A stretch of DNA of 64,000 nt from an uncultured delta proteobacterium (lineage in GTDB: Bacteria > Desulfobacterota > Desulfuromonadia > Geobacterales > Pseudopelobacteraceae): NCBI GenBank assembly GCA_963772835.1, contig CAVYYZ010000003.1, forward strand, positions 1-64,000, given 5' to 3'. Positions 19,700 through 30,568 of this stretch are shown piece after piece. The notes under the pieces are model-generated. The model made no database searches, was not told the DNA's origin, and was given only the letters and a program-made list of their open reading frames with translations. How positions within the stretch are numbered: the first letter of the stretch is position 1; each line of letters opens with the position of its first letter. The position numbers and the translations under genes are program-made.

Positions 19700-20932
19700 A
19701 TGAGAAGAGTCGTAATTACAGGTGTTGGGGCTGTTTCTCCGCTCGGCTGCGGAAATGCTAAAAACTGGGATGCACTCACTGCCGGGAAGTCAGGCATAGG
19801 CCTGATTACCCGTTTTGATACGAGTGATTTGTCGGTCAAGATTGCAGGCGAGGTTCCTGATTTTAACGCGGAAGAGTATATTGATAAAAAAGAGATCAAG
19901 AAAATGGATCTTTTTATCCAGTACGCTTTGGCCGCTGCCCATTGTGCCATGGAAGATTCCGGGCTGGTGATCAATGATGAAAATGCCGAGCGGGTCGGGG
20001 TTCTTGTCGGTGCCGGCCTTGGCGGTTTGCCGTCGATTGAAAAATATCATACTCTGGTGGCTGAGGGCGGCTACAAAAAGATTTCTCCGTTTTTCATTCC
20101 GATGCTGATTATTAATCTCGCTCCCGGCCATATTTCCATCAGATACGGAGCAAAGGGACCGAATGTTTCCTCCGTTTCGGCCTGTGCAACCAGCACTCAC
20201 TCTATAGGAGATGCCTTTCATATCATCAAACGCGGCGATGCGGATGCGATGATTGCAGGCGGCACGGAGTCGGTCATCACACCGCTTGGTATTGGCGGCT
20301 TTGCTGCCATGAAAGCGCTTTCCGACCGGAATGACGACCCTGCAGCAGCATCCCGGCCGTTTGACATCAACCGGGATGGTTTTGTCATGGGGGAAGGGGC
20401 AGGAATTGTCGTTCTTGAGGAGTATGAATCCGCCAGGGCGCGTGGAGCCAAAATTTATGCCGAGGTAGTAGGGTATGGTATGACCGGAGATGCGTATCAT
20501 CTGACCGCACCGGCACCGGGCGGGGAAGGCGGGGCGCGAAGCATGAAAATGGCGCTCAGAAATGCCGGAGTCGCCCCGGAACAGGTCTCCTACATAAATG
20601 CACATGGCACATCTACTCCGATAGGTGACCTGTACGAAACCATGGCGATCAAAAGTGTATTCGGTGATCACGCCAAAAAAATGATGGTCTCTTCAACAAA
20701 GTCAATGACCGGGCATCTTCTTGGTGCTGCAGGCGGTATAGAAGCGGTATTTACCCTTATGGCAATGGACAGGGGTGTTGTGCCCCCCACAATCAATTAC
20801 ACCGATCCGGACCCGGAATGCGATCTTGACTATGTTCCGAATACCGCACGGGAAGCAAAGATAGAATACGCCATGAGCAATAACTTTGGTTTCGGCGGTA
20901 CGAATGCTACCCTTCTGTTCAAGAAACTGTAG
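19700..20932 (+). CDS. fabF: 3-oxoacyl-ACP synthase II
   Basis: [42 protein letters not shown]. Confidence 0.96.
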   Translation: MRRVVITGVGAVSPLGCGNAKNWDALTAGKSGIGLITRFDTSDLSVKIAGEVPDFNAEEYIDKKEIKKMDLFIQYALAAAHCAMEDSGLVINDENAERVGVLVGAGLGGLPSIEKYHTLVAEGGYKKISPFFIPMLIINLAPGHISIRYGAKGPNVSSVSACATSTHSIGDAFHIIKRGDADAMIAGGTESVITPLGIGGFAAMKALSDRNDDPAAASRPFDINRDGFVMGEGAGIVVLEEYESARARGAKIYAEVVGYGMTGDAYHLTAPAPGGEGGARSMKMALRNAGVAPEQVSYINAHGTSTPIGDLYETMAIKSVFGDHAKKMMVSSTKSMTGHLLGAAGGIEAVFTLMAMDRGVVPPTINYTDPDPECDLDYVPNTAREAKIEYAMSNNFGFGGTNATLLFKKL

Positions 20933-20944
20933 GCAGGGACGGAT

Positions 20945-21388
20945 ATGATCATTATCGGAAGCGACCATGGGGGGGTAACCCTCAAATCGGCCCTGAAAAG
21001 TTATCTCACACGAAGAGGTGTCGGAGTAGTCGATGCGGGGACAGACGGAGATGCGTCGGTTGATTATCCCGATTTCGGCCAGAAAGTTGCTGAAAGTGTT
21101 ATTTCGGGAGAAGCGGAATCTGGAATACTGATCTGCGGGACCGGGATCGGAATGTCAATTGCCGCGAACAAGATCCCCGGGATTCGTGCAGCTCTTGTGA
21201 CGGATGTTTTTATGTCCCGCATGGCGAAAGAACATAATAATGCCAATATACTGGTGCTTGGCGGTCGTGTTCTCGATGAACAGAAAGCCTGTGACCTTGT
21301 CGGCGCATGGCTTGATGCAACGTTTGAAGGCGGTCGGCATCAGGCGCGTCTTGACAAGATAACAGAACTGGAAAAGAAATATTCCTAG
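20945..21388 (+). CDS. rpiB: Ribose-5-phosphate isomerase B
   Basis: GSDHGG, VDYPD, CGTGIGMSIAANK, FEGGRH. Confidence 0.95.
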   Translation: MIIIGSDHGGVTLKSALKSYLTRRGVGVVDAGTDGDASVDYPDFGQKVAESVISGEAESGILICGTGIGMSIAANKIPGIRAALVTDVFMSRMAKEHNNANILVLGGRVLDEQKACDLVGAWLDATFEGGRHQARLDKITELEKKYS

Positions 21389-21494
21389 CGGAAAAGAAAT
21401 CCATCACCTCCCACAGGCGGGACCTGCTACGGCATGTGTCCCGTTTGCCGTTTTAATTTGAATTATGAACAGAAAATCTATGTCAGGAGAAGCC

Positions 21495-22742
21495 ATGTCC
21501 GTCCTTTCTACATTTGATCCTCAGGTAGCTGAAGCAATTCGTCATGAAACAGAGCGTCAGGAATATAATCTTGAGATGATCGCCTCTGAAAATTTTGTTT
21601 CTGAAGCGGTTCTGGAAGCTCAAGGGTCGATCATGACCAACAAATACGCGGAAGGGTATCCCGGAAAGCGTTATTATGGCGGATGCGAGCATGTTGATGT
21701 CGTTGAACAGCTGGCAATTGACCGCGCCAAGGAGCTGTTTGGCGCTGAACACGCTAACGTGCAGCCGCATTCCGGCTCCCAGGCCAATATGGCGGTCTAT
21801 TTTGCCGCCTGCAGACCGGGAGATACCATTCTCGGCATGAATCTGTCGCATGGCGGCCACCTTACCCACGGCAGTCCGGTTAATTTTTCAGGTCGTTTCT
21901 ATACTGTTGTTCCGTATGGTGTGTCACCCGAAACTGAAACTATCGATTATGCCGAAGTTGAACGTCTGGCAGTGGAACATAGGCCGAAACTGATTGTTGT
22001 CGGTGCCAGTGCATATCCGCGAACACTCGATTTTCCGGCTTTCCGTGCGATTGCCGACAAAGTCGGCGCTCAGGTCATGGTCGATATGGCGCATATTGCC
22101 GGTTTGGTAGCAGCAGGTGTACATCCGAGTCCGGTTCCGTATGCCGAGTTTGTCACGACGACGACACATAAAACGTTGCGCGGTCCACGCGGCGGTATGA
22201 TTCTCTGTCGGGAGGAGTATGCAAAAGCCATAAACTCCCAGATTTTTCCCGGTATTCAGGGCGGACCGCTTATGCATGTTATCGCCGCCAAAGCGGTGGC
22301 ATTCAAAGAAGCCCTCCAGCCGGAGTTTAAAACGTATCAGCAGCAGATCGTCAAAAACGCCAAGGCACTCGCAGAAGCGCTTGTTAAGAAGGGCTTCACG
22401 CTGACAAGCGGCGGAACCGATAACCATCTGATGCTGATCAACTTCTCAGGTACAGAGATAACCGGCAAGGCAGCGGAAGAAGCACTCGACAAGGCAGGCA
22501 TCACGGTAAACAAAAATACCGTGCCGTTTGAAACCCGGTCTCCGTTCGTTACTTCCGGCATCCGTGTCGGAACTCCTGCCTGTACGTCCCACGGACTGAA
22601 AGAGACCGATATGGACCAGGTGGCCGGCTTTATCGCCGATGCGATCGCAAATATCGGCAATGACGGCACACTTGCGGCCATAAAGGGCCAGGTAAACAGT
22701 ATGATGAAAAAATTCCCGCTCTATGCCGACAGACTTGCCTAA
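21495..22742 (+). CDS. glyA: Serine hydroxymethyltransferase
   Basis: [35 protein letters not shown]. Confidence 0.97.
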   Translation: MSVLSTFDPQVAEAIRHETERQEYNLEMIASENFVSEAVLEAQGSIMTNKYAEGYPGKRYYGGCEHVDVVEQLAIDRAKELFGAEHANVQPHSGSQANMAVYFAACRPGDTILGMNLSHGGHLTHGSPVNFSGRFYTVVPYGVSPETETIDYAEVERLAVEHRPKLIVVGASAYPRTLDFPAFRAIADKVGAQVMVDMAHIAGLVAAGVHPSPVPYAEFVTTTTHKTLRGPRGGMILCREEYAKAINSQIFPGIQGGPLMHVIAAKAVAFKEALQPEFKTYQQQIVKNAKALAEALVKKGFTLTSGGTDNHLMLINFSGTEITGKAAEEALDKAGITVNKNTVPFETRSPFVTSGIRVGTPACTSHGLKETDMDQVAGFIADAIANIGNDGTLAAIKGQVNSMMKKFPLYADRLA

Positions 22743-22765
22743 TTTACAAATTTAACGTAGTAACG

Positions 22766-22801
22766 AGACCCACCGGACACATTCCGGCGGGTCTTTTTTT
22801 T
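22766..22801 (+). terminator. Intrinsic terminator after glyA
   Basis: AGACCCACCGG...CCGGCGGGTCT plus T-run. Confidence 0.8.
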
Positions 22802-22839
22802 GGATGTACATACAATTCGCGCGGCAGAGGAAACAAGCT

Positions 22840-24204
22840 ATGTCTGGAACCGGCTCCATAACAACCGAACAGCTGCGCCTGTGGGACAAGCGTCATGTCT
22901 GGCACCCGTTTACCCAGATGCAGGAATGGGAACGTGACGAACAGATTATTATCACACAAGGGGAGGGGTGCTGGCTGATCGATAGTGATGGGAACCGCTA
23001 CCTTGACGGCGTGGCCTCCATGTGGACAAACGTCCACGGTCACTGCCGCCGGGAGTTGAACGATGCCCTGAAGGAACAGGTTGACCGCCTTGAACATTCC
23101 ACGCTGCTGGGGTTGGGCAGTGAGCAGAGCATTATTCTGGCGGCACGACTTGCCGAAATCACCCCCCCGGGACTGGACCGCTTTTTCTATTCGGATAACG
23201 GTTCAACCGCTATGGAAGTTGCGGTCAAGATGGCCTATCAATATCAGGTCCACTTGAGACGGCCGGAACGGAGCAGATTCATTACATTCAGGCATGCCTA
23301 TCATGGTGATACACTCGGTGCGGTCAGTGTCGGAGGAATCGGCATTTACCATACGACGTTCAAGCCGCTTATGTTTGAGACACTTCAGGCCCCTGCTCCG
23401 TATTGCTACAGGTGTGAACTCGGCTGCAGCAGAATTTCGTGCAGCATGGAATGCCTCGGAGCAGTTGAGGAGCTGATGATACAAAATTCCGGCTTTGTAG
23501 CGGGTCTTGTGATCGAACCGCTTGTTCAGGGAGCCGGGGGGATGATCGTGCAGCCGCCCGGATTTCTAAAACGGGTACGCGACCTCTGCAGCCGCTATGA
23601 TATTTTAATGATCGTTGATGAAGTTGCGACAGGTTTCGGAAGAACCGGTGAAATGTTTGCCTGTCAGCACGAAGGTGTGGTCCCCGATATTATGGCCATT
23701 TCAAAGGGAATAGCTGCCGGATATCTCCCTCTTGCGGCAACTGTGACGGTTGATAAAGTCTACTCTGCTTTTTTAGGTTCATATGCGGAACTGAAAACCT
23801 TTTTTCACGGTCATACCTTCACCGGAAACCCGTTAGCCTGTGCCGTCGCCCTGAAAAGTCTGGACCTTTTTCAGCAGGACGATCTACTGGCGGAGCTGCA
23901 GCCTAAAATAGCCCTGCTGAAACAGCGTCTTGAAGTTTTCAAATCAATGCCGTATGTTGGTGATGTCCGGCAGTGCGGTCTGGCAGCCGGCATAGAGCTG
24001 GTAGAAAACAAGGAAACCGGGTCGCCGTATCCATGGGAAGAGAGAGTCGGTATCAGGGTGTGTCTTGAAGCGCGTCGCCGGGGCGTATTCTCCCGCCCTT
24101 TGGGCAATACAATCGTCGTTTTTCCGCCGCTGGTGATCTCACACGATGAACTTGATATGCTGGTAACCGTTTTGCAGGAATCAATACGCGTTGTTACGGA
24201 ATGA
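22840..24204 (+). CDS. bioA: Adenosylmethionine-8-amino-7-oxononanoate aminotransferase
   Basis: VWHPFTQM, DNGSTAMEVAVK, YHGDT, DEVATGFGRTG, HGHTFTGNP. Confidence 0.95.
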   Translation: MSGTGSITTEQLRLWDKRHVWHPFTQMQEWERDEQIIITQGEGCWLIDSDGNRYLDGVASMWTNVHGHCRRELNDALKEQVDRLEHSTLLGLGSEQSIILAARLAEITPPGLDRFFYSDNGSTAMEVAVKMAYQYQVHLRRPERSRFITFRHAYHGDTLGAVSVGGIGIYHTTFKPLMFETLQAPAPYCYRCELGCSRISCSMECLGAVEELMIQNSGFVAGLVIEPLVQGAGGMIVQPPGFLKRVRDLCSRYDILMIVDEVATGFGRTGEMFACQHEGVVPDIMAISKGIAAGYLPLAATVTVDKVYSAFLGSYAELKTFFHGHTFTGNPLACAVALKSLDLFQQDDLLAELQPKIALLKQRLEVFKSMPYVGDVRQCGLAAGIELVENKETGSPYPWEERVGIRVCLEARRRGVFSRPLGNTIVVFPPLVISHDELDMLVTVLQESIRVVTE

Positions 24205-24225
24205 CGTGCCGTTCGGGGCTCCACC

Positions 24226-25605
24226 ATGAATGATGCAATCAAAATGCTGGTGGTTGATGATGATGACTCAGGTCGTGAGGCTCTCACCATGCTGCTGCGG
24301 TCGGCCGGGTATGAGGTCGCTTCAGCGGCAACCGGCGAGAGCGCGCTGGATCTGATCGACCGCGAGCAGTATCAGGTCATTGTGTCCGATCTGTTCCTTC
24401 CCGATATAAGCGGCCTCGATATCCTGCAGAATGTTCAGAAAGTTTCACCTGCAACTGAAGTCATCGTTGTGACCGGACATGCTTCAGCTCAATCGGCTGT
24501 CAGGGCAATGAAAGAGGGTGCTTTTGACTATATTACCAAACCGATCGATTTCGACGAACTGAAAATTGTTGTTTTAAAGGCTCTTGAGAAACAGAAGCTG
24601 CTGTCAGAGAATATGTATCTGCGCAGGCAACTTCAGGGGCGCTTTGAATTCAATAATATCATCGGTGTCTCTCCGGCAATGAACCTCGTGTTTGAGCGCA
24701 TGAACCGTATCGTTAAAACCGACTCGGCAATATTGGTCAGCGGTGAATCCGGAACCGGCAAAGAACTGGTAGCAAAGGCGCTGCACTATAACGGTTCCCG
24801 GAGGGAACGTCCTTTTGTCGCGGTTAACTGCAGTGCAATCCCGGAGATGCTTCTTGAAAGCGAGCTTTTCGGCCACGTTCGGGGAGCGTTTACCGGAGCT
24901 GTCAAGGATAAGCCGGGTAAGTTTGAGGCGGCCAATCACGGCACTATTTTTCTGGATGAAATCGGTACCTTCCCGCTTCATCTCCAGGCAAAATTGTTAC
25001 GAGTCCTTCAGGAACATGAAGTGGAGAGGGTAGGCTCTAATAAAACGATAAAACTTCATGTCAGAGTGATTTCCGCTACCAATGCAGATCTTGAAAATAT
25101 GGTGCAACGGGGCGAATTCCGGGAAGATCTTTACTACCGGTTGAACGTCATTCCACTTCACCTTCCCCCCCTGCGTGAACGTCAGCAGGACATTATCTAT
25201 CTGACCTCGTTTTTCCTCGAGAAACAGTGCCGCCTGATGGGGCGGGCGCCATGTTCTATCAGTAATCAGGCACTTGAGGCGTTGGAGCAGTATTCCTGGC
25301 CGGGTAATGTGCGGGAATTGGAAAATTTAATAGAGAGAATGATTGTATTGACAGATGCGGCAGTTATAACCCTGGAAGATGTCCCGACCAAGATATTCAG
25401 AGAAAAGCCCATCGATGCAGCGGTTACTGTTTCCATGCCGAACGCGGGGTTGGACCTGGTTGCAACGATCTCCCGTATCGAACAGTCGCTGATTTTTCAG
25501 GCATTGGAGTCTGCCGGAGGAGTCAAGGCGAAAGCTGCGTCTCTGTTGGGGATAAACCGGACAACACTTGGGGAAAAGTTGAAAAGAATGAAAATTGAGA
25601 CATGA
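24226..25605 (+). CDS. Sigma54-dependent response regulator (NtrC/Fis family)
   Basis: Receiver domain (VVDDD, VSDL), [23 protein letters not shown]-terminal HTH. Confidence 0.93.
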   Translation: MNDAIKMLVVDDDDSGREALTMLLRSAGYEVASAATGESALDLIDREQYQVIVSDLFLPDISGLDILQNVQKVSPATEVIVVTGHASAQSAVRAMKEGAFDYITKPIDFDELKIVVLKALEKQKLLSENMYLRRQLQGRFEFNNIIGVSPAMNLVFERMNRIVKTDSAILVSGESGTGKELVAKALHYNGSRRERPFVAVNCSAIPEMLLESELFGHVRGAFTGAVKDKPGKFEAANHGTIFLDEIGTFPLHLQAKLLRVLQEHEVERVGSNKTIKLHVRVISATNADLENMVQRGEFREDLYYRLNVIPLHLPPLRERQQDIIYLTSFFLEKQCRLMGRAPCSISNQALEALEQYSWPGNVRELENLIERMIVLTDAAVITLEDVPTKIFREKPIDAAVTVSMPNAGLDLVATISRIEQSLIFQALESAGGVKAKAASLLGINRTTLGEKLKRMKIET

Positions 25606-25963
25606 AATAAACGGCTGTTCAGAGGCACCAATTCCGTGCGACAAAACTGTCATACGGAATCCCCCCGGCATACTTTTTAACATCGTTCACCATCCTGCAG
25701 CGTCCAATGTAACCCGGATGTCCTTTTGCCGGTTCAGCTTCGGCTGCCCAACGGACTGTTCGTGCATGTTTATCACTCCGATTTCCACCGGCAAGAATTT
25801 CATCCAAGTTTCTTCTTTGTCATTGACCGCTACAACTGGCATAATCACGGCGCAATATGGTATTGCACCGCTCGGGCCTGTAGTGTGCCTGTAACATGAA
25901 GCCGGGCTGATTGGACCGCCGAACGTATTGCCGTCCGGCTCTACTGCTATAAAAGGAATTTTT

Positions 25964-27034
25964 ATGGAGACAGATGATTCCGTCCGCGTGGGACTGCCGT
26001 TTGAAGTGATACGTCATATCCAGAGTAAAAAGATCCGAGTGTTTGACCTCCACGAAGGGCGCTTACGGCAGATTCCGATTGAAACCCATGAGGAACTGGC
26101 ACAGGCCAAGCCGATCTGGGTCGATCTGGTGTCTGCCGAAGATGAACAGCTTGAATGGGCAAGTGAAATTTTCGGTGTGGAACTGCCTGACCCGAGAGAT
26201 TTAACGGATCTGGAGGCAAGCGCCCGTTTCTATGTGGAAGAGAATGGAGAGGTGCATTTGCACTCGGATTTTCTCCTTGACCGGGAGGATGAGTCGCGCA
26301 ATGTGATGGTTGCTTTCATACTCAGCGAGGGGACCCTTTTTTCGGTCCGGAACGAGGAACTGCCGGTTTTCCGCTTGCAGCGACTGCGTGCCAGAGCCCA
26401 GTCCGGGTACGTGACCGAGGCAAAGGATGTCCTTCTTGATCTCTATGCTGCCGATGTAGAGTACTCGGCCAATGCGCTTGAGGATGTGTATTCGGAGTTG
26501 GAAGCGGTGGGAAAACAGGTCTACGGCACCACCATGACCGACGAGGAATCGGCACACATACTTGCCGCCATTGCCGAGGAGGAGGACCTCAACGGGCGCA
26601 TCCGCCGCAACGTTCGTGATACACGGCGCGCCCTGTCCTTCCTGATGCGCGGAAAATTTCTGTCTGAAGCACAGCATGAGGATGTTCGAGAGATTCTGCG
26701 CGATATCGAATCGCTGGACGGTCATACCGCCTTCCTGTTCAATAAGATCAATTTTCTGATGGACGCCGTTGTGGGTTTCGTCAACATCAATCAGAACAAG
26801 ATCATCAAACAGTTGACGATAATCAGTATTATTTTTATGCCGCTTAATTTTCTTGCCGGAGTCGGCGGCATGTCCGAGTTTTCAATGATGACGCAAAGGA
26901 TACCCTGGCCCGTTTCATACGGTCTGTTTACCTTCGGAATGATCCTGGTCGGGTGGATCACCTTTGTTTGTCTGCGCTATTTTGAAAGGAGGAAGATACG
27001 GGGCACTTCAGCGGCAATCTGGAGAGCGCCGTAA
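25964..27034 (+). CDS. corA: CorA-family Mg2+/Co2+ transporter
   Basis: PIWVDL, EASARF, INQNKIIK, two C-terminal TM helices; signature reads GMS. Confidence 0.88.
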   Translation: METDDSVRVGLPFEVIRHIQSKKIRVFDLHEGRLRQIPIETHEELAQAKPIWVDLVSAEDEQLEWASEIFGVELPDPRDLTDLEASARFYVEENGEVHLHSDFLLDREDESRNVMVAFILSEGTLFSVRNEELPVFRLQRLRARAQSGYVTEAKDVLLDLYAADVEYSANALEDVYSELEAVGKQVYGTTMTDEESAHILAAIAEEEDLNGRIRRNVRDTRRALSFLMRGKFLSEAQHEDVREILRDIESLDGHTAFLFNKINFLMDAVVGFVNINQNKIIKQLTIISIIFMPLNFLAGVGGMSEFSMMTQRIPWPVSYGLFTFGMILVGWITFVCLRYFERRKIRGTSAAIWRAP

Positions 27035-27072
27035 CGAGGTGCGCGTTACGGGGTAAAACGTGCGGAAACCTA

Positions 27073-27510
27073 TCAGAAATCGTTTTGAAGTCTCCGTGGT
27101 GAGAAACGTACCGCCAGAATCCTGATGCAGGCCAGTGAAAGAACCAGAGCGATGACCATTGCGATCCCCTGCCAATTCATGTCCCGGTACCAGAAGGCCA
27201 TGACTTCAGTCAATACGGTTACCATCACGGTATCAATTATGTAGGTTACTTTCACCCTCCCTTCAGTAAAATAGGCGAGAGCCGTTCTAAGAACCTCCAC
27301 CACGGCAAGAACGGTAAGCATATCCACAAGTATCGCCTTGAAAGCGGCATGAAAATCACCTCTCAGAACCAGTCGCAGGTCGTACAGTGTGCAGCCGATC
27401 CCGGCCAGTATTGCGAACATGATCACAACGATCAGCAGCGACAGTAGAACGCGTGCCGAACTTTCGAAGAAGCCGGTTATTTTCAGGTCAATGGTTTCTT
27501 CTCTCCACAT
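27073..27510 (-). CDS. Phosphate-starvation-inducible PsiE-family membrane protein
   Basis: Four hydrophobic helices; 'VVEVLRTALAYFTEGRVKVTYIIDT' pattern; next to phoB. Confidence 0.75.
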   Translation of the reverse strand: MWREETIDLKITGFFESSARVLLSLLIVVIMFAILAGIGCTLYDLRLVLRGDFHAAFKAILVDMLTVLAVVEVLRTALAYFTEGRVKVTYIIDTVMVTVLTEVMAFWYRDMNWQGIAMVIALVLSLACIRILAVRFSPRRLQNDF

Positions 27511-27525
27511 GCGGTATTTCTCCCG

Positions 27526-27720
27526 TTATCCCCTGCTCCAGTACTGTTCAGCTGCCGGCGTGTCGGTAATGTTACCGCCGCCGATGTCCGGCAGACTCAT
27601 CGGCCTGTGGCAGGCGCCGCATGTACTGCCATCCTGCAGCTTTGACCAGAGCACCAGATTTTCCGAATCGCACCAATCGCAGCACCAGTAGTAATAATCC
27701 TCGTGTAATCTCATATCCAT
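27526..27720 (-). CDS. Small Cys-rich protein (CCDWC...CGACH), possible zinc ribbon
   Basis: 64 aa, AGGAGG RBS, 15 nt upstream of the PsiE-like gene. Confidence 0.7.
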   Translation of the reverse strand: MDMRLHEDYYYWCCDWCDSENLVLWSKLQDGSTCGACHRPMSLPDIGGGNITDTPAAEQYWSRG

Positions 27721-27743
27721 CGCTTTTCCCCTCCTTTTTTATT

Positions 27744-27769
27744 TTAAATATACACGATCATTGTTACAA
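27744..27769 (-). promoter_or_regulatory. Putative PhoB half-site and -10 for the small protein/psiE unit
   Basis: Minus strand TTGTAACAAT-N7-TATATT, same spacing as at phoB and pstS. Confidence 0.5.
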
Positions 27770-27929
27770 CCATGTGGAGCTCAGATAAAATGTATGTGAA
27801 TTTTATGGTATGTTCATGATTGTTTCTGTGACTATTGCAGAATACATGTGGTATCACCTGCCTCTCCCGTTCGGGAGGGCGAGGGGGGAAAGTTCATACG
27901 GATGTAAAATCTACAAAATCTTTATCTGA

Positions 27930-27963
27930 CTGAAACATGTTTGTAACAATTGTATGGTATATC
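27930..27963 (+). promoter_or_regulatory. Pho box and -10 upstream of phoB
   Basis: CTGAAAC (27930) and TTGTAAC (27941) 11 bp apart, then TATATC. Confidence 0.65.
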
Positions 27964-28016
27964 TGTTAAAAATGTTTATGGTTTTGAACAGATGTACATC
28001 ATTGCAGGAGAATGAC

Positions 28017-28700
28017 ATGAAGAAAGTTCTGATTATCGAAGACGAAAAAGATCTGGCGGAACTGCTGGCTTTTAATCTTGAGAAGGAAGGGTATGCCGCT
28101 ACCTGTGTTCATGACGGTAAGCTTGGGCTCGAAAGGGCCGGTACAGATCTGCCGGATCTGATTCTGCTGGACCTGATGCTGCCCGGTCTGCTCGGTACCG
28201 AAGTCTGCAAGGCACTTCGCAAGGATGGCCGCACCGCCCATATTCCGATTATCATGATAACCGCAAAAGGTGACGAAATAGACCGCGTGGTGGGTTTTGA
28301 GGTCGGAGCAGACGATTATATAGTAAAGCCGTTCTCCATGCGCGAGGTGGCGTTACGGGTCAAAGCCGTCATGAGACGCTTTGAACCGGAAGCGCTCAAT
28401 CCGTCGGCAGCTCTTTTTTCCATCGGTGATATCGTTATCGATAAACAGCGCCACACGGTTACCAGTGCCGGTATCGAGATTGAACTTACAAGCACTGAGT
28501 TCAAACTGCTGCTGTATCTGGCGGAGAAAAAGGGGCACGTACACAGCCGTGAAAAGCTGCTGCAAAATGTGTGGAGTTACAACAATGCGGGCGATACCAG
28601 AACAGTTGATACTCATGTAACCCGTCTGCGCGGGAAGCTGGGCTTACCGGGCGACATCATCAAGACTGTCCGTGGGTTCGGCTACAAGATAGAGGTGTAA
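28017..28700 (+). CDS. phoB: Phosphate regulon response regulator (OmpR family)
   Basis: LLDLMLP, GADDYIVKPFS, TRTVDTHVTRLRGKLG, TVRGFGY; upstream of phoR-pst. Confidence 0.9.
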   Translation: MKKVLIIEDEKDLAELLAFNLEKEGYAATCVHDGKLGLERAGTDLPDLILLDLMLPGLLGTEVCKALRKDGRTAHIPIIMITAKGDEIDRVVGFEVGADDYIVKPFSMREVALRVKAVMRRFEPEALNPSAALFSIGDIVIDKQRHTVTSAGIEIELTSTEFKLLLYLAEKKGHVHSREKLLQNVWSYNNAGDTRTVDTHVTRLRGKLGLPGDIIKTVRGFGYKIEV

Positions 28701-28702
28701 TT

Positions 28703-30460
28703 ATGGGTTTCCGGACCAAGATAGTACTCTCCTACATCTTCCTGATCGCACTGATCACCGGAAGTTTTTATCTGTATTTCAATCGTTCTCTTCAAAAAGA
28801 GATGATCGAGGAAAGCCGTGCCGGTCTGGCCAGTCAGACAGCGTTGGCCCGGCTGCTGGTGATGAGCGGGGCACCGGTTACTTCACCACAGCAGCTGGCT
28901 GCATCGATAGGAACGGTCATCAAGGCCAGGGTCACGGTGATCGCACCAAACGGAACGGTGATCGGCGACTCGGATGTCGGTCAGGCACGATTGACACAGC
29001 TGGAAAACCATCTGCAGCGTCCCGAGGTACAGGAGGCGCTTAAGAACGGAAGCGGGAGCTCTCTGCGCTATTCTGACACGCTGAGGATTCCGATGCTTTA
29101 TTCGGCCATGACCTACGGCACCGGATCGGCGTCCGGCATTATCCGTCTCGCTTTGCCTCTCGACTACCTGGTATCTGCCAGGAGCACATTATACGGCCTG
29201 GTCGGCGGGGCGACACTGGTAACCGTGCTGATCGCTCTCCTGTTCAGCTATGCCCTCTCCAATCTGACATCCCGGCCGCTTCGGGATATGGCCGATGCTG
29301 CAGCACGTATCGGCCACGGCGGCAGCAAAGCCAAAATACCGGTTCGGTCCTCCGATGAGATCGGTATTCTTGCCGGAGTGCTGAATGACATGTCTGCGCG
29401 GATTGAAGATCAAATGCAGCGGCTCTCTGCCGAAAAGCAGCGACTGGACACCATTCTGAGCAGTATGGGCGAGGGAGTCATGGTGACAGCTCCCGATGGC
29501 GTTATCACCCTGGTTAACCCGGCTTTTCGTCGTCTGTTTTCAATTGCCGGAGAAGTAGAGGGTAAAAAGCTGGTGGAAATATCGCGACACCCCGATCTGC
29601 TGGAAGCCTTCAACGATCTTGTCAAGCCGGGAGTAAGCGAGCTGGTACGGGAGATTTCCCTGCCGCCGAATGATATTACCCTCTTCACGCATTGGGTGCC
29701 GCTGAATGTTGACGGGGTCAGGCAGGGAGTGGTTGCGGTGTTTCACGATATCAGCGATCTGAAGAACGCCGAAAATATGCGCAGGGATTTTGTTGCCAAT
29801 GTGTCCCATGAACTGCGGACACCGGTAACAATCATCAAGGGGTATGCTGAAACCCTGCTTGACGGTGTCCTGGAGTCTGACCCCGCACGCGCCATTCGCT
29901 TTGTAGAGATCATTTCCAGCCACTCGGAACGTCTGACCAATCTGATAAACGATATACTCACGCTTTCAAGCCTTGAATCAAAAGAGGCTATTTTCGAGCT
30001 GAATCCAATTGACGTTTCCGGGACGATAGCAAAGGTCTGTACGCTGTTTCAGGAGCGTGCTGTTAAAAAGAATATTGAAATAGTCAACGAAACCATCAAC
30101 GGTACTCTGCCGCGTATAATGGCTGACCAGGGGCGTCTCGAACAGGTAGTGGTAAATCTGCTGGAGAACGCCATCAAGTACACTCCCGAAAGGGGTACGG
30201 TTCGCCTGTTTGCGGAAGTTTCAGGTGAATGTGTCAGAATATCAATAGCAGACACCGGCATCGGTATCCCCTACAAGGATCTGCCGAGAATCTTCGAGCG
30301 CTTTTACCGGGTGGATGAAGCACGGACACGTGAACAGGGCGGAACGGGACTCGGACTGGCCATTGTTAAACATATCGTACAGCTTCACGGCGGCGCTGTT
30401 TCCGTAACAAGCGAGTCCGGCAGAGGGTCGACTTTTTCGTTTACCATCAGAAACGCCTGA
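28703..30460 (+). CDS. phoR: Sensor histidine kinase (HAMP, PAS, HisKA, HATPase)
   Basis: RRDFVANVSHELRTP, NLLENAIKY, FERFYRVD, GGTGLGLAIVKH. Confidence 0.9.
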   Translation: MGFRTKIVLSYIFLIALITGSFYLYFNRSLQKEMIEESRAGLASQTALARLLVMSGAPVTSPQQLAASIGTVIKARVTVIAPNGTVIGDSDVGQARLTQLENHLQRPEVQEALKNGSGSSLRYSDTLRIPMLYSAMTYGTGSASGIIRLALPLDYLVSARSTLYGLVGGATLVTVLIALLFSYALSNLTSRPLRDMADAAARIGHGGSKAKIPVRSSDEIGILAGVLNDMSARIEDQMQRLSAEKQRLDTILSSMGEGVMVTAPDGVITLVNPAFRRLFSIAGEVEGKKLVEISRHPDLLEAFNDLVKPGVSELVREISLPPNDITLFTHWVPLNVDGVRQGVVAVFHDISDLKNAENMRRDFVANVSHELRTPVTIIKGYAETLLDGVLESDPARAIRFVEIISSHSERLTNLINDILTLSSLESKEAIFELNPIDVSGTIAKVCTLFQERAVKKNIEIVNETINGTLPRIMADQGRLEQVVVNLLENAIKYTPERGTVRLFAEVSGECVRISIADTGIGIPYKDLPRIFERFYRVDEARTREQGGTGLGLAIVKHIVQLHGGAVSVTSESGRGSTFSFTIRNA

Positions 30461-30471
30461 TTTCGATAAAG

Positions 30472-30527
30472 ATGTAACCAACCTTTTGCCCTCCTGTAAC
30501 ACAACTGTAACAGTAGTCTGCTATAGT
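30472..30527 (+). promoter_or_regulatory. Pho boxes and -10 upstream of pstS
   Basis: ATGTAAC (30472), CTGTAAC (30494), CTGTAAC (30505) in 11-bp phase; TATAGT at 30522. Confidence 0.8.
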
Positions 30528-30568
30528 CTGAACATATGAAGAAGTAAAACCCACAGGAGGAACATTCA

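Noticed and set aside
21400..21490. ZTP or glycine riboswitch before glyA
   Set aside because: Only a short hairpin; conserved aptamer motifs not seen and space is limited
27526..27720. c-type cytochrome from the CGACH motif
   Set aside because: No signal peptide; the second CxxC favours a cytoplasmic zinc ribbon
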